DNA from: Klebsormidium nitens
Taxonomy: Eukaryota; Plantae; Klebsormidiophyceae
Direction of reading: 5' to 3'
Length of the DNA: 64,000 nt
Assembly: GCA_000708835.1 (NCBI GenBank)
Contig: DF236973.1
Location: 62,001 to 126,000, forward strand
Made by a program: the position numbers and the translations under genes
In this document: positions 11,963 through 25,730 of the stretch, in pieces
Numbering within the stretch: the stretch's first letter is position 1
Layout: each line of letters begins with the position of its first letter
The notes under the pieces: generated by a model
Database searches by the model: none
What the model was told of the DNA's origin: nothing
The model's input: only the letters and a program-made list of their open reading frames with translations

Positions 11963-14900
11963 ATGGGGAAGAATCAGCATTCAAAGGATCGGATGTATGT
12001 GACCGCAACGGAGTGGAAGACTGAAGGCGGGGGGAACAAAGATCGGGACCTGAGGACGCCGTTTAAACGGCTTCCATTCTATTGCTGCGCGTAAGCTTCT
12101 TAGAACAGCGATTGTGCAGTTGAAAAATGAATCTTTTTAAGGCTCTGGTTTGGTTGACGCATTCTGAGAAGCATGATGATCAGGACAATTGGTGGTATAG
12201 TCAGCTAGGGCGCGGGCGGTTGAAATCATTTGAAAGCCTAGGTATGTTTGAAGGGGTCCCCTTTCTGAAGGAAGGCCGCGACACGTACATCTCTGGAATT
12301 CATGATTATTGTGTGCCTCTAAGTCCACCGTTGCTGCTCTGTATGTCAAGGAGCCTGACTTATCCTCCAAAGTTTCGGCAAACTTTATAAAGGCCTGGAA
12401 GCAGCCATAGCTGGGCAACTAACACTCTCCCTTTTCGATTGCTGTGTGACACTATAATCACGTATGACCACCTTGATAATTGGTGAACGGAAAGGACATG
12501 TCTACAAGATGTCTGCGAGGAATCATACAGTTAATGGTGGTGAACCACCTGCACAGCTCCGATCACAAATTGCCACTCCGTCTGTCTGGGTGGTTCTTCT
12601 TTGTTTCTTCTTTGTTGGTTCAATCCCAAGGGAGATGATTGCAGTTGCTTCATGTGAAAAGTTCTCAGGAGCCATTGGGATGCAGAGTCCATCTTGATTC
12701 TACCACGTTGATCTTCAAAGCTTCACCACCTTCCCCACGTTCAAACGCATACACACCAGCAATTTCCCTCAAGCCCCCCTAGGCCCCCAGGGCATCGCAC
12801 GCCGCAACTTACAAGCTGTGCCTTGCTGTCTGATGCAGGCTTACATTTGTGCCATTCGAGGACCCAGTTTGCACTGCAGAGGGGCATGTCTTCGAAATCA
12901 TGTGAGTTCCATGGACAAGCCTCTTTCTTTTCGTTTTTGGGGAAAGGTCACAAGGGGATCTCCTAGAAATTGCCGATGATAGGTGTCAAGGTCAGCCGCC
13001 CATGCATCGCGATACCCAGTACTCAGAGGTGGAGACGGCGCAGCAATAGCCAGAACGGTTTTTCGTGTTGAACATTTTGTCTGGTGTCTGCTGAGTATGC
13101 TGCTCAAATTGCAGTGTTGGGACCCTTTTATCCCCTTGTGAGGTTGGCTATTGCTGGCAACTCCAACTCCGTCGTAGCCGTTTTGAGAGCGGAGGGTAGA
13201 TTAGAAGAATATCGGAGAGCTCAGCTGCTAGCAAGTCACATGAATGGATACTTCCAACTTTTGTCAAAAACGATTTATGCTTTTCAGTCCCCTCCCCCGA
13301 CCCTGGCAGTAACATCATCCAGTGACTATAGGAGTCTTATCTTAACCTCAAGTCTCAATCAGTTGTGAAGAGCTTACGAGAGGTACTTCCACCCCGAAGT
13401 CACATCATTCCTACAGTCCAACTCTTCTTGGCAGCTGAACAATACCACATGGAACATCCAAAATCCTGAAGCGTCAATCTGATCGTACGTGGCCCCTTCT
13501 GCAGCAACATCATTCCGTACCTCCAAAAGTTCCACCGCAACCCGGTGACGGGCAAGCCGCTGGAGGTGAAGGACTTGATCAAGCTGCAGTTTCACAAGAA
13601 CGGGGAGGGCGAGTACCAGTGCCCCGTGCTCGGCAAGGTCTTCACCGAGTTCACGCACATCGTCGCTGTCAAGCCCACCGGGCATGTCTACAGCTACGAG
13701 GTAAACGGCGCTGCTCTTAACTCCCCTTGTCCGTCTGGGTTTGTGTAATCTTCCTACTTTCAGCCGTTTTAGGTGAGAAAGAAGCTCCGGGCGCTGCATT
13801 GGTCTGATAGATCCCCATAAGGTGGTCGCTGCCGGCCCGGCGCCCCATTCCATCTCACTTGGTCGCCTTCTGATGTTGTTCGCGCGAGTAGTTTTGATTG
13901 GCGACGGGTGAGCGACTGGGAATCCCGATGATTTGAAACAATCAGGCTCATCAATCTCGTCGTGTGTCAGCTTTCAAGGGAAGGAGTGAGTCCAGTTCCG
14001 CTCTGGGACATCCTTTTTGGGTCGAAATATTCTGTGTTGAAGTTTTGACACCTTCTTTCTTGAGGCCGTTCGGAAGCTGAGCAGCAAGGCCGGGACTTGC
14101 CGGAATGTCATCGTTTCTGCTTAGAGCAGCATATACTTGAAGAGGGCGTCAGGGAACCGGTCCCCCCTGACATCAGCCGCATAGCGCGATTTTTGATGGC
14201 TCGGGCGATTCTACCCGTTTGAAGTCGAATTTCAAAATGGGTGTAGGCCCGACCTGCCCGGCGTACGGACAGATTGAAAAAAGTTGTTACGACCGAGTTT
14301 CGATTGCTTGATTTCGTAGTGCAATTTAAGCGCACTTCCCAGTTGTGCTAAAATGTTCCCTGTGCCCAAGTTTGTTCGAAATTCTACCGCTCGGGCCGGT
14401 GTTCGAAGTCTGACGCCTTCTTTAAGTTCGTATCGAAACCATTTTGGAAGCTGTCTTGGTGACTCTCTTTTGACGTAGAATTTACGCTCGAACTCTTATC
14501 TTACTCTTTCGCAGGCAGTCCGCGAGTTGAACATCAAGGCCAAGAACTGGAAGGACCTGCTGACGGACGAGCCATTCACGCGCGCTGACATCATCACGAT
14601 CCAGGACCCCAACAATGTTGCCGCCAGCAAGCTGCTGACGGAGTTTGACCACGTGAAGCAGAACCGGGCAGTGGTTGATGCGGATGCGCCGCCGGAAGAC
14701 CCAACGCAAGGGATCCGCATGAGCGAGGACCATAAGCGGGTGTTCCAATCGCTGGGCACAGATGAGGTGAGCCGTTGGACAGATGTGCAGTTATTTGCAT
14801 CACAAAGGTAGGAGCGCTGTTTAGTTTAAGTGAAAGTACGAAGCCTTCTGAAGTCGTTAAGTTGCCGGGAAAATAGACGACTGGTATCGTAGGATCAGCA

Positions 14901-17900
14901 CAATTCAGCACTTCGAGAGAAAGGAGACCATGACAGACTCTTCTGGGAAACGAAGTTCTTCACAACACGTACATTTACGGATTCGCTTAGATAATCTCAA
15001 TTTTCCGTTTTAAAGATTGATTTTGCGGCAATAGAGAAGCTTTTTTGAAATCTGTCTTTTCACTTCTGTCTCCCCATTTATTCCGCTATCACGACGACTG
15101 TTCTTGATTCCTTGTCTCTCTGCAAACTTTGTTTACGATGATATTTGTTCTTTCTCTGGTCAGGCTAAGAAGGCCATGGCTATGGGCGGAGGTGGGAGCA
15201 AAGCGCAGAGCGAGCGCGCGAAGGCGCTGGCAGCTTTAGAGGCCGCAAAGGCGCGGAAAGCTCTCGACAGCGACAAGAAGCCTGAGAAGCAAGCGCCGCT
15301 TAGTATCGTCGATGCTGCGTCCGCCAGCGTGGCCGGAAGGAGCGCTTCCGCTGCGAAGGCAGGGACAGCGGAACAGGTGCGAGCCCTATGTTGTGCGGTT
15401 TCACATTTGAAGCTTACCGCATGAAATAGTGTAGAAGTTGCGAGCGGAGGGCCTCGTAAGAACAAGAAGGTCGTCGCTTGTCAACTGGACACTGACGAAA
15501 GAAGCTTGACACGTTCTGCTTCCGCCGTATAAGGGTTGATTCACTCGATGGCTCTGAGAGAATTTAAGCTACATACTTTTGATCAAGAACTGCCAGACAC
15601 GTCCCGACCCCGCTTCGACGACATCTCAATGTTCATAAGCCTCACAACGGTCAGCACGGCTTAGAATTGACCATCTTTGATGGCTTGAGATCCTAAAATC
15701 CAAATGTAGAGTGTTTTTGCCATCTCAATCCATACGTGCCTGAGGTAGCTTTGTAACCACTCCAACGGCGATATCCCGAGCCAGATTGTCGCCGTTTCTA
15801 CACACCCTCTTCTTGCTCTGCCGACCCTTCTGAACAATCCCCTGACTCCGTTTTGCCCTGACTCCCTTCTCCCTTCGCTGATGACGTACCCGCCCGGAAA
15901 CCCAAAACAAACCCTGCCTGCTACTATCCAAAAGTACATCCAAAAGTTTAAACGGATTTTGAATTGTGTCATTTTTCGCAGACGGCGGCTCGAGTGGCTC
16001 TCCACGCGGCCGGCGCGCGCGTGCCGGTGCGCGCCAACGCCAAGACGGTGGTCAGCCGCTTCACGACGTCCAAAATGTCCGGCTCCTTCACATCCACGGC
16101 GCTCACGCCGTCGACCAAGCAGGAGTTCGCCATCGAGATTGTAAGTTTTGCGGTTTCGTTTGCGTCCTTAAGTTTTGCGGTTTCGTTTGCGTCCTTACAC
16201 TCCGTGATCGCTTCTATTCAATTTTGGTTCCAAAAAGGGTTGTATATGCCTGGCGTCGTCCCCGAAGCAGGAGGTCGCCATGTTATATGTTCGCTTTTCT
16301 TTCATCAAGTGGACTTTCTGTCCGACTGAACTCCAATTCTCACTTTGGTCAGAAACCTTGGGTTGAGAATCTGCTCAGCAACAAACGTGACTAGGTTACT
16401 GGTCTGCCGCTCATCTTCCGAAGCAGATCTTGTGGTTCATGGTGGAGGAGTGAAAAGGATTGGGAAAACCGCTACTGAATCCTGGTAATCAAGGTCAAGT
16501 CCTCAAGAGCTGCGTATTAGTCCATGCGCGCGCAGTCAGCTAAAAACCGTGCAGGTACCCTCTGTGAACAGTAAAATTTCACTTGCGTCTTTTTTGACGG
16601 CTCTCATCAGCGAGTTTTGGCCAGTCAGACGTAAGTGTGCAAAAAGACAAGCTTGCGCTTGCTTAATAAGTGCTTGTTTTCCACGACGTTTTGAGACAAT
16701 ATCAATAGCTAAAGCGCACTGCGGAAGCATTCTTTTCCTTTCTTTCGTCCGGGCAATTCACGAGATAGCCTCCTTCAATGAACCCTAGGTTTTCTGCCTC
16801 CGTTTTTCCAGGTGGAGCGCAACCCGAAGAAGAAGGGTTACGTGCGGATGCAGACGAATCTGGGCGACCTGAACATCGAGTTGCACTGCGACCTCGCGCC
16901 GCGGGCGTGCGAGAACTTTATCACGCACTGCGAAAGCGGCTACTACGATAACGTCATCTTCCATCGAAACATCAAAAACTTCATGATCCAGGTGGGCTTA
17001 TTCGCAGCTTTTTATACCAAGTCGTAAAATTTTGCTGCCCTCTCTATCAACTGACGTGTTCCAGTCGCATGCTCTTCCTCGCTTTCGCATGTTTCAGGGC
17101 CAGTCAGAAGACCAAGTCGCAGACACCCCTAGTAAGCAGATTGAGAGTGGCATTGCGAAAAGGACAGGCATATCTTTTTCAAGTCAGGAGAAACATCTGC
17201 CCGCTCACACTTTCTTTAGAAGCGGACCCCTTTTGTTGCCATTACTATGTCGGGCACGTGATTCTTTTCAGTTGGAAATCTGCTTGCTCGTTAACCCAGT
17301 CTTCTTGACGATGCCGGAAAATGCAGTCCAGAAGATTCGCTCGCAGAAGTTTTCAGTACCCCGTCGTTTCACCTGGGTTTGTTGAACCATCTTTCAAGCA
17401 TGCTGAGCAATTACCGGCAGCAGTTGCACACCCCATGTGGACGATTTCACGCGCAGGGGGGTGATCCAACGGGCAGCGGGAAAGGGGGGGAGAGCATATG
17501 GGGGAAGCCGTTCAAGGACGAGTTTACGTCACAACTTACGCACTCGGGGCGGGGCGTTTTGAGCATGGCGAATTCGGGGCCACATACGAACGGCTCGCAA
17601 TTCTTCATTCTGTACAAATCGGCGCAGCATCTGAATAACAAGCACACCGTCTTCGGCCAAGTGGTAAGTCCATCAAGGAATGTAGGGGTTTTAGAACAAA
17701 GACTTGACATGGTTCCTATTTTTCCAAGATGGTCCGGTTGGCGGGTGCGTGATTGGAGGTCGAGGTCATGAATGATCTTAAATGTGGCTCAGGGCTTGGT
17801 CCTTTTAATGACGCTCGCTTGCGTTATCGAGTGTTTTTCTGAAGTTGCATCAAGGTCAGAACGTAGATTGCGCTGTTTTGCGATCAAGGAGCAGGTAGAA

Positions 17901-19190
17901 TCTGAGCAAGAGCACAGGGGCATGGGTTGTAAACCGCTTGAAAAGGACTGAGTGTCTTGCTGTTGGGCCGTTCAAATATATTTTCTTTTGTCTGTATCGG
18001 TTTTCGTGTCGCAAGCGCCTTAGCGGCAATCTGTTCGCTCGCCTCGCCTTTTTATGTCTCGGCAAATGAGCACCAACTTTCATGGCGACCATCTGCATAC
18101 CGGACTTTGTTTGTGTCGTCTGCTTTGTGTCTCTCAGGCCAGATTAGAATAGAGTCCTTTAAGCTAATATTTGTTTACTCCTTGCTGCAAATGGTCCCAC
18201 ACATCTCACTGCATCGCTACAGACCAACTGTCGTAACAAGAACTCTTTGTTTCGTTACATGCAATTTCTTACAAAATCATCATGCAGATGGCAGATTCAT
18301 GCGGAGTCAGTTTCGCGTCTCTGAAAGCTTGAAAGAGTCGGATGAAGTCATGCGCTTCTTTGAACATGTCCAGGTGGGAGGAATGGAAACCCTCGCCGTA
18401 ATGGAGCGGATACCGGGAGACGAAGAAGACCGACCAAAGAAGGAAATCAAGATGTTGTCTTTCAAAATCTTCGTCAATCCGTACACGGAACCAGACGAAG
18501 AGGAGGTAAGCAGAGAAAGCATCCTGGTGTCCAAACTTGGTCGATCGGATCAATGTAGACTGAAGCAAGCTTTTCCAGTTTGCTGTGTCAGCCGAACCCT
18601 TCATAGACTGGCGAGGTTGCCTCATAAGCTTTGCGAGTACTGATGCAAATATTGCATCTAATATTTTGGGGCTTCTTCATAGGATTACAAGTCCGGATCA
18701 AAGGTCGGCTACCTGTCAAGAACCATTGTGATCTGATGGTAAATATCGTCTGTTCTGCCGGAAGTATGAGGTCCTTGATTCTGGTGACATCATTTGCTTT
18801 CGATCTTGCTTCGTATCAGATGATTTGTCAGCAGGAGTGAGTCCACATACATTCATCCAAAAAGTTGCGTCGCGCTTGGGACAGAGCCCATATGGTCTGA
18901 ACGAGCATCCTTCTTATCGGCAGGAGGCGGAACGGAAAAAGGCGGAAGAAAAGGCGGAGAAGGAGGCGAGACGAGACGAAGAAGAAACCGTGGGGCAATG
19001 GTTCAGCAATCCAACCGGAAACAGTGACCTAAAGCCGCTTAGGGCAGGTGTAGGCAAGTATATGAAATTACCGCCAGCTAGTTCAAGATTAGCAGTGAGC
19101 TCCAATGGTGGTCTAGAAGATGGCCCCCCTGCCAAGCAACGAAAAGTGGAGAAAAGCGGTGGCGGATTTGGCGACTTCTCGTCTTGGTAG
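11963..19190 (+). CDS. PPIL2: Cyclophilin with N-terminal U-box-like domain (PPIL2/CYP60/CYP65 ortholog); about 10 exons: 11963-12090, ~12838-12901, 13505-13700, ~14515-14766, ~15163-15377, ~15981-16140, 16812-16991, ~17456-17663, ~18373-18505, ~18923-19190
   Basis: [18 protein letters not shown]...[87 protein letters not shown]; cyclophilin core [61 protein letters not shown]; C-terminal FGDFSSW. Confidence 0.95.
16142..16197 (+). repeat. Perfect 27-bp tandem duplication directly after a splice donor
   Basis: TAAGTTTTGCGGTTTCGTTTGCGTCCT occurs twice, starting 1 nt into the intron (GT at 16141). Confidence 0.9.
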
Positions 19191-19614
19191 CGATCTTTGT
19201 GACGCTCTGAACCAATCATTTGTATATATGTAGAGAGGCTCTTGGTGTCGCGTCGGCATTAGCCATTTGAAAGGTATGGCCTTCGTGCTGGCCAATATTG
19301 ACAGCTAGGAATGCAAATCCATACATGGTCACATCTGGGCGTTCAATGAGCCTAATATCACCTGCACCTCTTGGCTGTCTGCAAGGCCTTCAATAATACA
19401 AGCAACCAAATGCGGCAGCTTTCAGACTCGATGAGGGCCTGATATCATCTGCCGACGCACCCACGATGATGCGGTCCGCGGAAGACGATGGGACGGCAGT
19501 GTACGTACTCTCTACCAATAACAAAAAGAAAAACAATGTCCTGATTCGATATACAGATTGTTATTCGGCTGCCAAATCAGGCTAGCCGCTGAGCGCTTTT
19601 AGGCATGTCATGCA

Positions 19615-19989
19615 CTACCCAGGAACCACGATCGGTCGCCGCCCGTTCCTGACCGCGTCGAGGGTGTCGACGCCCTCGCGCTCCCAGGGGCCGCGCGAGC
19701 CCCAAAGGAACACCGGGTTCGACCGCCGAAGCAGCGGAAACTCGGCCAGGATCTCGCCGGCCTTCCGCGCGACGCCCTCCGCGTTGGCGCGCTTGTCCAT
19801 CACTATGACGATCGACGGCCGCCGTATCGTGTGGGCGTACGCGCACATCGCGGTGATACCGACCGTCTTGTCCGTCTGCTCCGGCGCGTGCGCGACGTAC
19901 AGGCCGGGCCTGACGACAGCCAGAGGCAGGCCCGCGTCCTGCACAGGGATCAGGATCCCCTGCCATTCAATGATTGTGACTGCGGTCAC
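19615..19989 (-). CDS. Putative orphan ORF or terminal exon (124 aa) with strongly GC3-biased codons
   Basis: Codon usage resembles real exons (GTC/GCC/CGC/GAG). An in-frame ATG lies just upstream but is separated by TGA (ATG GCA CAA GTG TAC TGC TGA GTG ACC). No family recognised. Confidence 0.4.
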   Translation of the reverse strand: MTAVTIIEWQGILIPVQDAGLPLAVVRPGLYVAHAPEQTDKTVGITAMCAYAHTIRRPSIVIVMDKRANAEGVARKAGEILAEFPLLRRSNPVFLWGSRGPWEREGVDTLDAVRNGRRPIVVPG

Positions 19990-22669
19990 TCAGCAGTACA
20001 CTTGTGCCATGTGGGACTGCAGCCGGGATTTACGGAGCAGTCGAGTGACGACAACTGACGACAGTGACGAGTGGGCGGACCGGCCGGGACTGATTGTACG
20101 GCCGCCGCGCACTTATTGCATGACCGTACGGCTCAGCTGTGGCTGCTGGCAGGCAGAGGCGGCAGCAGCGAGGCTGACTACTAACTAGAACAAAGCTTAC
20201 CTTGAACCAAACCCTAACCTTAAAACCCCTAATTACGTACCACATATCGTACAAACTCTTTTCCGTACTGCTGATTCCGTTCCGCTTCACTCTTCGGAAT
20301 CCCCACCAGGACGGAACGAAACACCCCTGGAAAGCAAAGAACCGGAATACATCCCAAGCTGAGCGTCTTCTTCGTTTCAATGCAGAGCTACAGGTTACTA
20401 CGAAGAATCTCACTCAGGTCGAAGGAGTGACCACAAGGAACTCAGCCAGTAAGAACAAAGGGGCTTCAGGCGGAAAACCAAACCGCACCGAAAATGACCC
20501 AGAGAATTCCAAGCTCCCCGTAGGTATACCTCAACTAAGTCAAAGTTCTGGATCATTCCGCTCTAGAGAATGTCCTTGTATCCTTTTCCTATGCTGACGG
20601 AATGCTTCGCTGACTCGGACTGTCTCAATCCGACCGTTGGAAACCGCTTAAACCCTGGCCAGCCGTCGGCGAGCCAGCACGAAACCTGGTGGTTCGCACT
20701 TATGAACTGGAATCGCGCGAGTCGCAACAGGGGCTGCGCACTGAAATATTTAACCAGTCGACCGCGCGTCAGACTCAATGTGCGACTATCCGTTGTTTAC
20801 TCGCGCCGAAAACGGAAGAAGGCCATGTCGCATCGCGAGCGACGAGCGGTCGCTTTCAGGCGCGAGACAACTCCGCTCGTCAATGACTTGCAAAGAGCTA
20901 AGAGTTTGTTCAGAAAGACGTGAGAAGAGTAGGAGAAAGGTTGAAGAAGAGGAAGACCGCAGCGACAAGTGGGATGCTTCCACTTTTGTCATCAATCCAA
21001 GGGTTTAACATTTCTGTGCTCTCTACCTCACATCTCGACTACGCCCAAGCTTCAAGAACACCAGCCAAGACTGACAACAGCTCCTCTCCCTTCCCCTGTA
21101 CAGGTATGAACGGTTCCAACATCGTTTGGATCAACTATGAGGCAATGAAAGCCGCAGGGAATGCATGATTGCATGACGAAAGCTGAAGTGGGTTAAATGT
21201 TTGCTGCACGTTTGTTATTTCTGATTGTCCAGCAAGAGGTGTACACCTTTGCATCTGATCATTCATCCCCAGGCCCGGTACTTGGTCCCCAGGCAGATTA
21301 TATAGGTTAGTCAGTCAGTTTACTTGCATAGCTCCAACGGCAGCAGTTGCGGGTTCAATCCCAAGAACTGAGCAACAATAGAGCAGACCAGAACTGACTG
21401 GGATTGTGAATTAGCATCTTGGACAATCTATATTGCATGTGCAAGAGCGATAATTAAGTTGGAACTCCATATACAGACCTTTCAGAATCGGAAGGGTTTC
21501 GGTTGAATTCTATCAAGCCTTCTCTCTGGATCACTGATCCAACATAAGATATATCTGCTCTCAACATGCCTATGATTTAACGTTATCGTTGCTAGGGGAT
21601 CAGGATGCGGAGAGGGTTCTCTCGTGCCTATGAAACGAGAGACAAAACTGATCTTGCATTATGGCTTGGATGCATTTTCAGTCTTGTCGATTTTGTCAAT
21701 TTATACTCTGAGCACCCGCGAGGGGCCGCGACTTGGGCTGACCTGCCTCGCTCCGTGCATGTGCTTCAGCAGTCGTAAATGCTCTGCTGCAGTGGGAATC
21801 TGACATAATCGATTGTATGTTGAGTTAGGTTGACGTTTGAGTTTCAACCAGTTCCCCGGGCACTACATAAATCAAGAGTCAACATAGCCGTAACTCAACA
21901 TCGAATCGATACTACTGGCACCCACGGCTGCATGATTGCAGCCTTGACTTCCAGCATTAACACCGACAACTCCCGCTTTCGCTGCAACCTTCTGATTTGA
22001 GGCTTTGGAAGCACTCAGTGACACGTACTCAGGCCTGTGACACGGGTCTGAGGGTCTGTTACAAGACATTGACTAGAAGTTAGCCGACGCAAGCGACCAA
22101 TCAAAGTTTCAGGCTCAGAGCGCTGATTTTCAGCCAGTGTTGAAAGTCTGCAACTCCGGCGACTTGCACCTATTGGGGCGACCGATGTGACGTCAGCTTT
22201 CTGACCATCTAAATCCTGCTCAAGTCCAGCTACGACTTCCTGCTTGCCGGGCGCATATGACTTTAGTGTATGCCCAACAAGGGCCGACAGGGATGCAGCA
22301 GTAGTAAGTGCGTTCATGCGGTTTTCAAAGTTGGTACCTTCTGCCGGCCGGACAAGCAATCTCTGTGGGTATAAAAGCGAAGCCACACCTCGCACTTTCT
22401 TCAAAACAACTCCGGCGCTAGAGTTAGCAGTTCGCCTCAAAGCGCCCCCACTGCAAACCTCAAGGCAAGCACGCGCAAGAACCACTCGCCCTAAGCGCTC
22501 CAATACCAATTCCCTACTCACCCCTTTCCTCCCACTCCTCCTTCAAGCGGCTTTCAGGTCCCTTCTTCCACTGACGCCCCAATCACTGCCAGTTTGCTCA
22601 GACCCTACAAACAGTGCGAAGCAACCAAGCCAACGCAGGCCTTTCACTCTGACCACTTTTGCGGCGACC

Positions 22670-25600
22670 ATGGCCGCTCGATTCAGTAGCCCCCGGGCAG
22701 CGACCCTTCTCCTGGTCGCCGCGCTCTGCCTGGGCAGCGCCGCCGCTTTTGCGCCGCTGTTCAGCACGGGAAACCCGGACGGCAGGATCGCAGTCGCGAC
22801 GCGCCCGGATGGAGTGAATGGCAAGTTTGAGATCGAGGCCGGGGACGACTTTCTGGCCAAGGCGGGGCAGAGCGTCTCTAAGGTGGGCAGAGGTTTGCAG
22901 ACATTTTGAGTTCACATAATTTCTTGATTGGATCTTGCGTAGAATCTGAGCACAAGTTGGTATACTAAACTGACCCGAGAATTGAGAAAAGCTTGTGCAG
23001 AGTGAGATCAGAGGCCCTTGATTCTGCTGTTCGAGAAATATAGATGACTGAACTTGTTTCGACATCGACTCCTTGAAGCTGCAAGGCAAAGCAGAGTAGC
23101 GTATATGAAGTAAGAGGGTACTCTTGTGCATCGGTACTCTTGTACATCTCTACTTTCACTGCGCAGCCGACTCGTGACGAACACAGCTCTGCGTTTCCGG
23201 ATTGTTTTTCTGGCCGCTGGCGTCGTTCCGAAGTCTATCACAATATGCTGAAGGAGCAGCAGTATCAGTGATTGATAGGACCTCATTCCGATGCCTTTAC
23301 TACAGATTGAATTGAGCTCTTGAGATCGGAAGATAAGGTGGTGGCAAATCCTACGCGCTGCATCTTCTCGCGAAAGGGGTGCAAAACATCATGCATTTCT
23401 TCAAAGATAAATTCCTTTTTCAGATCAGATTTCGAACCAAAGGAGACAAAAACGACAAAAACACCTCTGACCTAACCTCGGTTTATCTAACCTCCGACCC
23501 CGCCTCCTCTCTGTTTCCCAGGTGACTTTCACCGGGCTTCTCCCCTCGGGCTTTTCCCTCGCCTCCGCCCAGGACTCTGTCGTCCAGCTGGAGCTGTACC
23601 GGGTGTTCTCCCGCGACAGTGACGTCAGCCGCTGCCAGGACGCCGACCCTCACACAGTCTGCCCCACGGAGAACGTCGTCACCCGGGCCAATTCCCCGAG
23701 CGACGAGGCGGCCCCCGAGTTCGACCGGTCAACCGAGGACGGGACGCTCTTCTGCGAGGTGTTTGGGGCGAACCCGAGCGATAACTTCAACTTCCTGGAT
23801 AACTCGGTGAGAGACTGGTGGGACTCGTTTCAGATCTGGAATGGTTTCGGGATAGTATGAGCGTATATGTACAGCTCGTTGACCTTGCGAGCTCTTGAAG
23901 AGGGGCCACTCCAAAAGCCTTATTACAGACGAAACAGGAACTCGGAGAAAACGGCTAAGGTTCTCAACTGCTTCTTATCTGAAGTGCCAAAGTCACGAGA
24001 TCCTTGGCAAACAGATCAACTTTTAGAACCGGCCCCTCTGGTCTTCCAGTCTTCGTTAAGAGCAAGACTTCAAGCCCTCTGCGTTCTGTCGGAATCATAA
24101 GCACTGTCCCGTCTCTTACTCTGCGCAGATAGTAGAATGCAATGGCCTGAACGAATTTCCACAACCGCATTCGATCAAGCACGCAGCTGCCTTGATGACC
24201 GAATTCCTGACCGACCTCCAGGATTGTACTTTTACCCCGTCTCCATTCACAGCTTTTTGCTGTTTCAGAAGAGCAAGAGCGAGCACTTTAATCAAAGCCA
24301 TCTTTCCCTCCCGCCAGGTGGTCGACTTCTATTCCGCCAACTCCGTTCTTCCGGGCGGCATCCACAAGAAGACGGAACTGCCCACCGGCGGAAACGGCGG
24401 CGTGACGGGCCCTGTCGTCACATTCGTGTGCGACTTCGCAGCGAACCACCCCTGGACCTTCTCCGCTGACGAGCACTTCTTCTTCGTGCCCAAGGTCAGC
24501 CGCCAAGAGATTTCTGCAAATATTCGCGCTGATCTTTGCGCTTTGCTTTAGGGCAACAAATCTTCAACCAATCGTTTGTTAGAGTCAGCTCCCATATGAT
24601 TTCTCGCAACACTTTGCAGCATGACAAAACACAGGATTCAGAGGGGCCGCTCGAATTCAGTTCAGTTGTTTTATCGTCCGGGTCGATCAGATTCTGAGGA
24701 GTTACGATATCAAGATTTCTGCATCTCGTCGCATGCTCCCTGCGTACCGTGACGCAATCGTGTTTCTCATTCCTGCTGACCTTCTTTGTTCCGGCTGCGT
24801 TCAACCGGTCTACAGACATTCCTCACACCTTCTGAATAAGACTCACAATTCTATACCGCCACATTCCAGTTGAGACCTTTTTTCTTCTCTGAAAGCACAT
24901 GACGCATTAGACATCGACTTCAAGCACCCTTTATAAGTTTGCTGTCTCTTTTTAAGCGATCTGATCCTTAGTTCTTATCAGAGACATCGTGTTTACATGT
25001 GTGCTAGGAAAAACTTCAACTTTCAGCATTGGAATCCGTAGTTTACCACTCTACCCATCCGAGCTCCGGAAACTAGTGTGGCTCGTCCGGCCGTTGGCGG
25101 ATCACCTCTTTCAGAGCACTTTCCCTAACCACTTGCGAAACCCGGCGGTTTTGAGGACGGCACGCGAGAAACGTCGGCACATCAGCTCCGGCAATCGCTT
25201 GTTGCCCTAATCCGACGAGTTTGACGATCAACGACGCTTAGCCAGAACCCCTTGTCACCCCCAAGGCGGCCCTTCCCTTGGGCAAGGTCCCGATGCTAAC
25301 CAGCACTTCGTTTGACGCTAACCAACATTTCGTTTCCCCTCAGATCGCCCTTCCCCTGGGCACGGACAACGCGGACCGCGGCGATTTCCTGTGGCTGTCC
25401 GCACCCAAGCCGCTTACGAACGGCTTCGCCTTCTCCCCCGACCTCCAGTCGTGGACCCGGGACTTCACCATCGACCCCGACTGGGTGCGCATCGGCACTG
25501 ACGTCGTCGGGGGATCCCCCGCGCCGACATTCAACCAGGTCTTCGCGCTGTACCCGACCGGAACCCCCGGGCCCAAGTTCTTGGCGCAGGGCGACTTCTG

Positions 25601-25730
25601 CGCGGCCGGTAACCCGTGCTTCAACGCCGTCGGCACGCGCCAGGTGTGCTGCCCCGGGAGCTGCGCCCCGGGCACTCCTCCCGCGGGGATCCCCACGTGC
25701 GAGGGTGGAGCCAGCCCTGTGTTCCCGTAG
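22670..25730 (+). CDS. Secreted protein resembling bacterial PEP-CTERM-family extracellular proteins, with a C-terminal 6-Cys module; exons 22670-22882, 23522-23806, 24318-24494, 25344-25730
   Basis: Signal peptide MAARFSSPRAATLLLVAALCLGSAAA. Core FSTGNPDGRIAVATRPD..FEIEAGDDF..TFTGLLP..VELYRVF..TRANSPSD..NSVLPGGIH..TGGNGGVTG..HFFFVPKI..FLWLSAPKP..DLQSWTRD..DPDWVRIGTDVVGGSPAPTFN. All three introns are GT-AG, phase 0. The exon 2 donor could instead be near 23758. Confidence 0.82.

Noticed and set aside
20205-20235. Interstitial telomere-like AAACCCTAA..AAAACCCCTAA
   Set aside because: Only two degenerate units, too short to call a telomeric array.
21330-21365. tRNA or SINE suggested by the B-box-like GGGTTCAATCCC
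   Set aside because: I could not build an A-box, acceptor stem or cloverleaf by eye; tRNAscan-SE would settle it.
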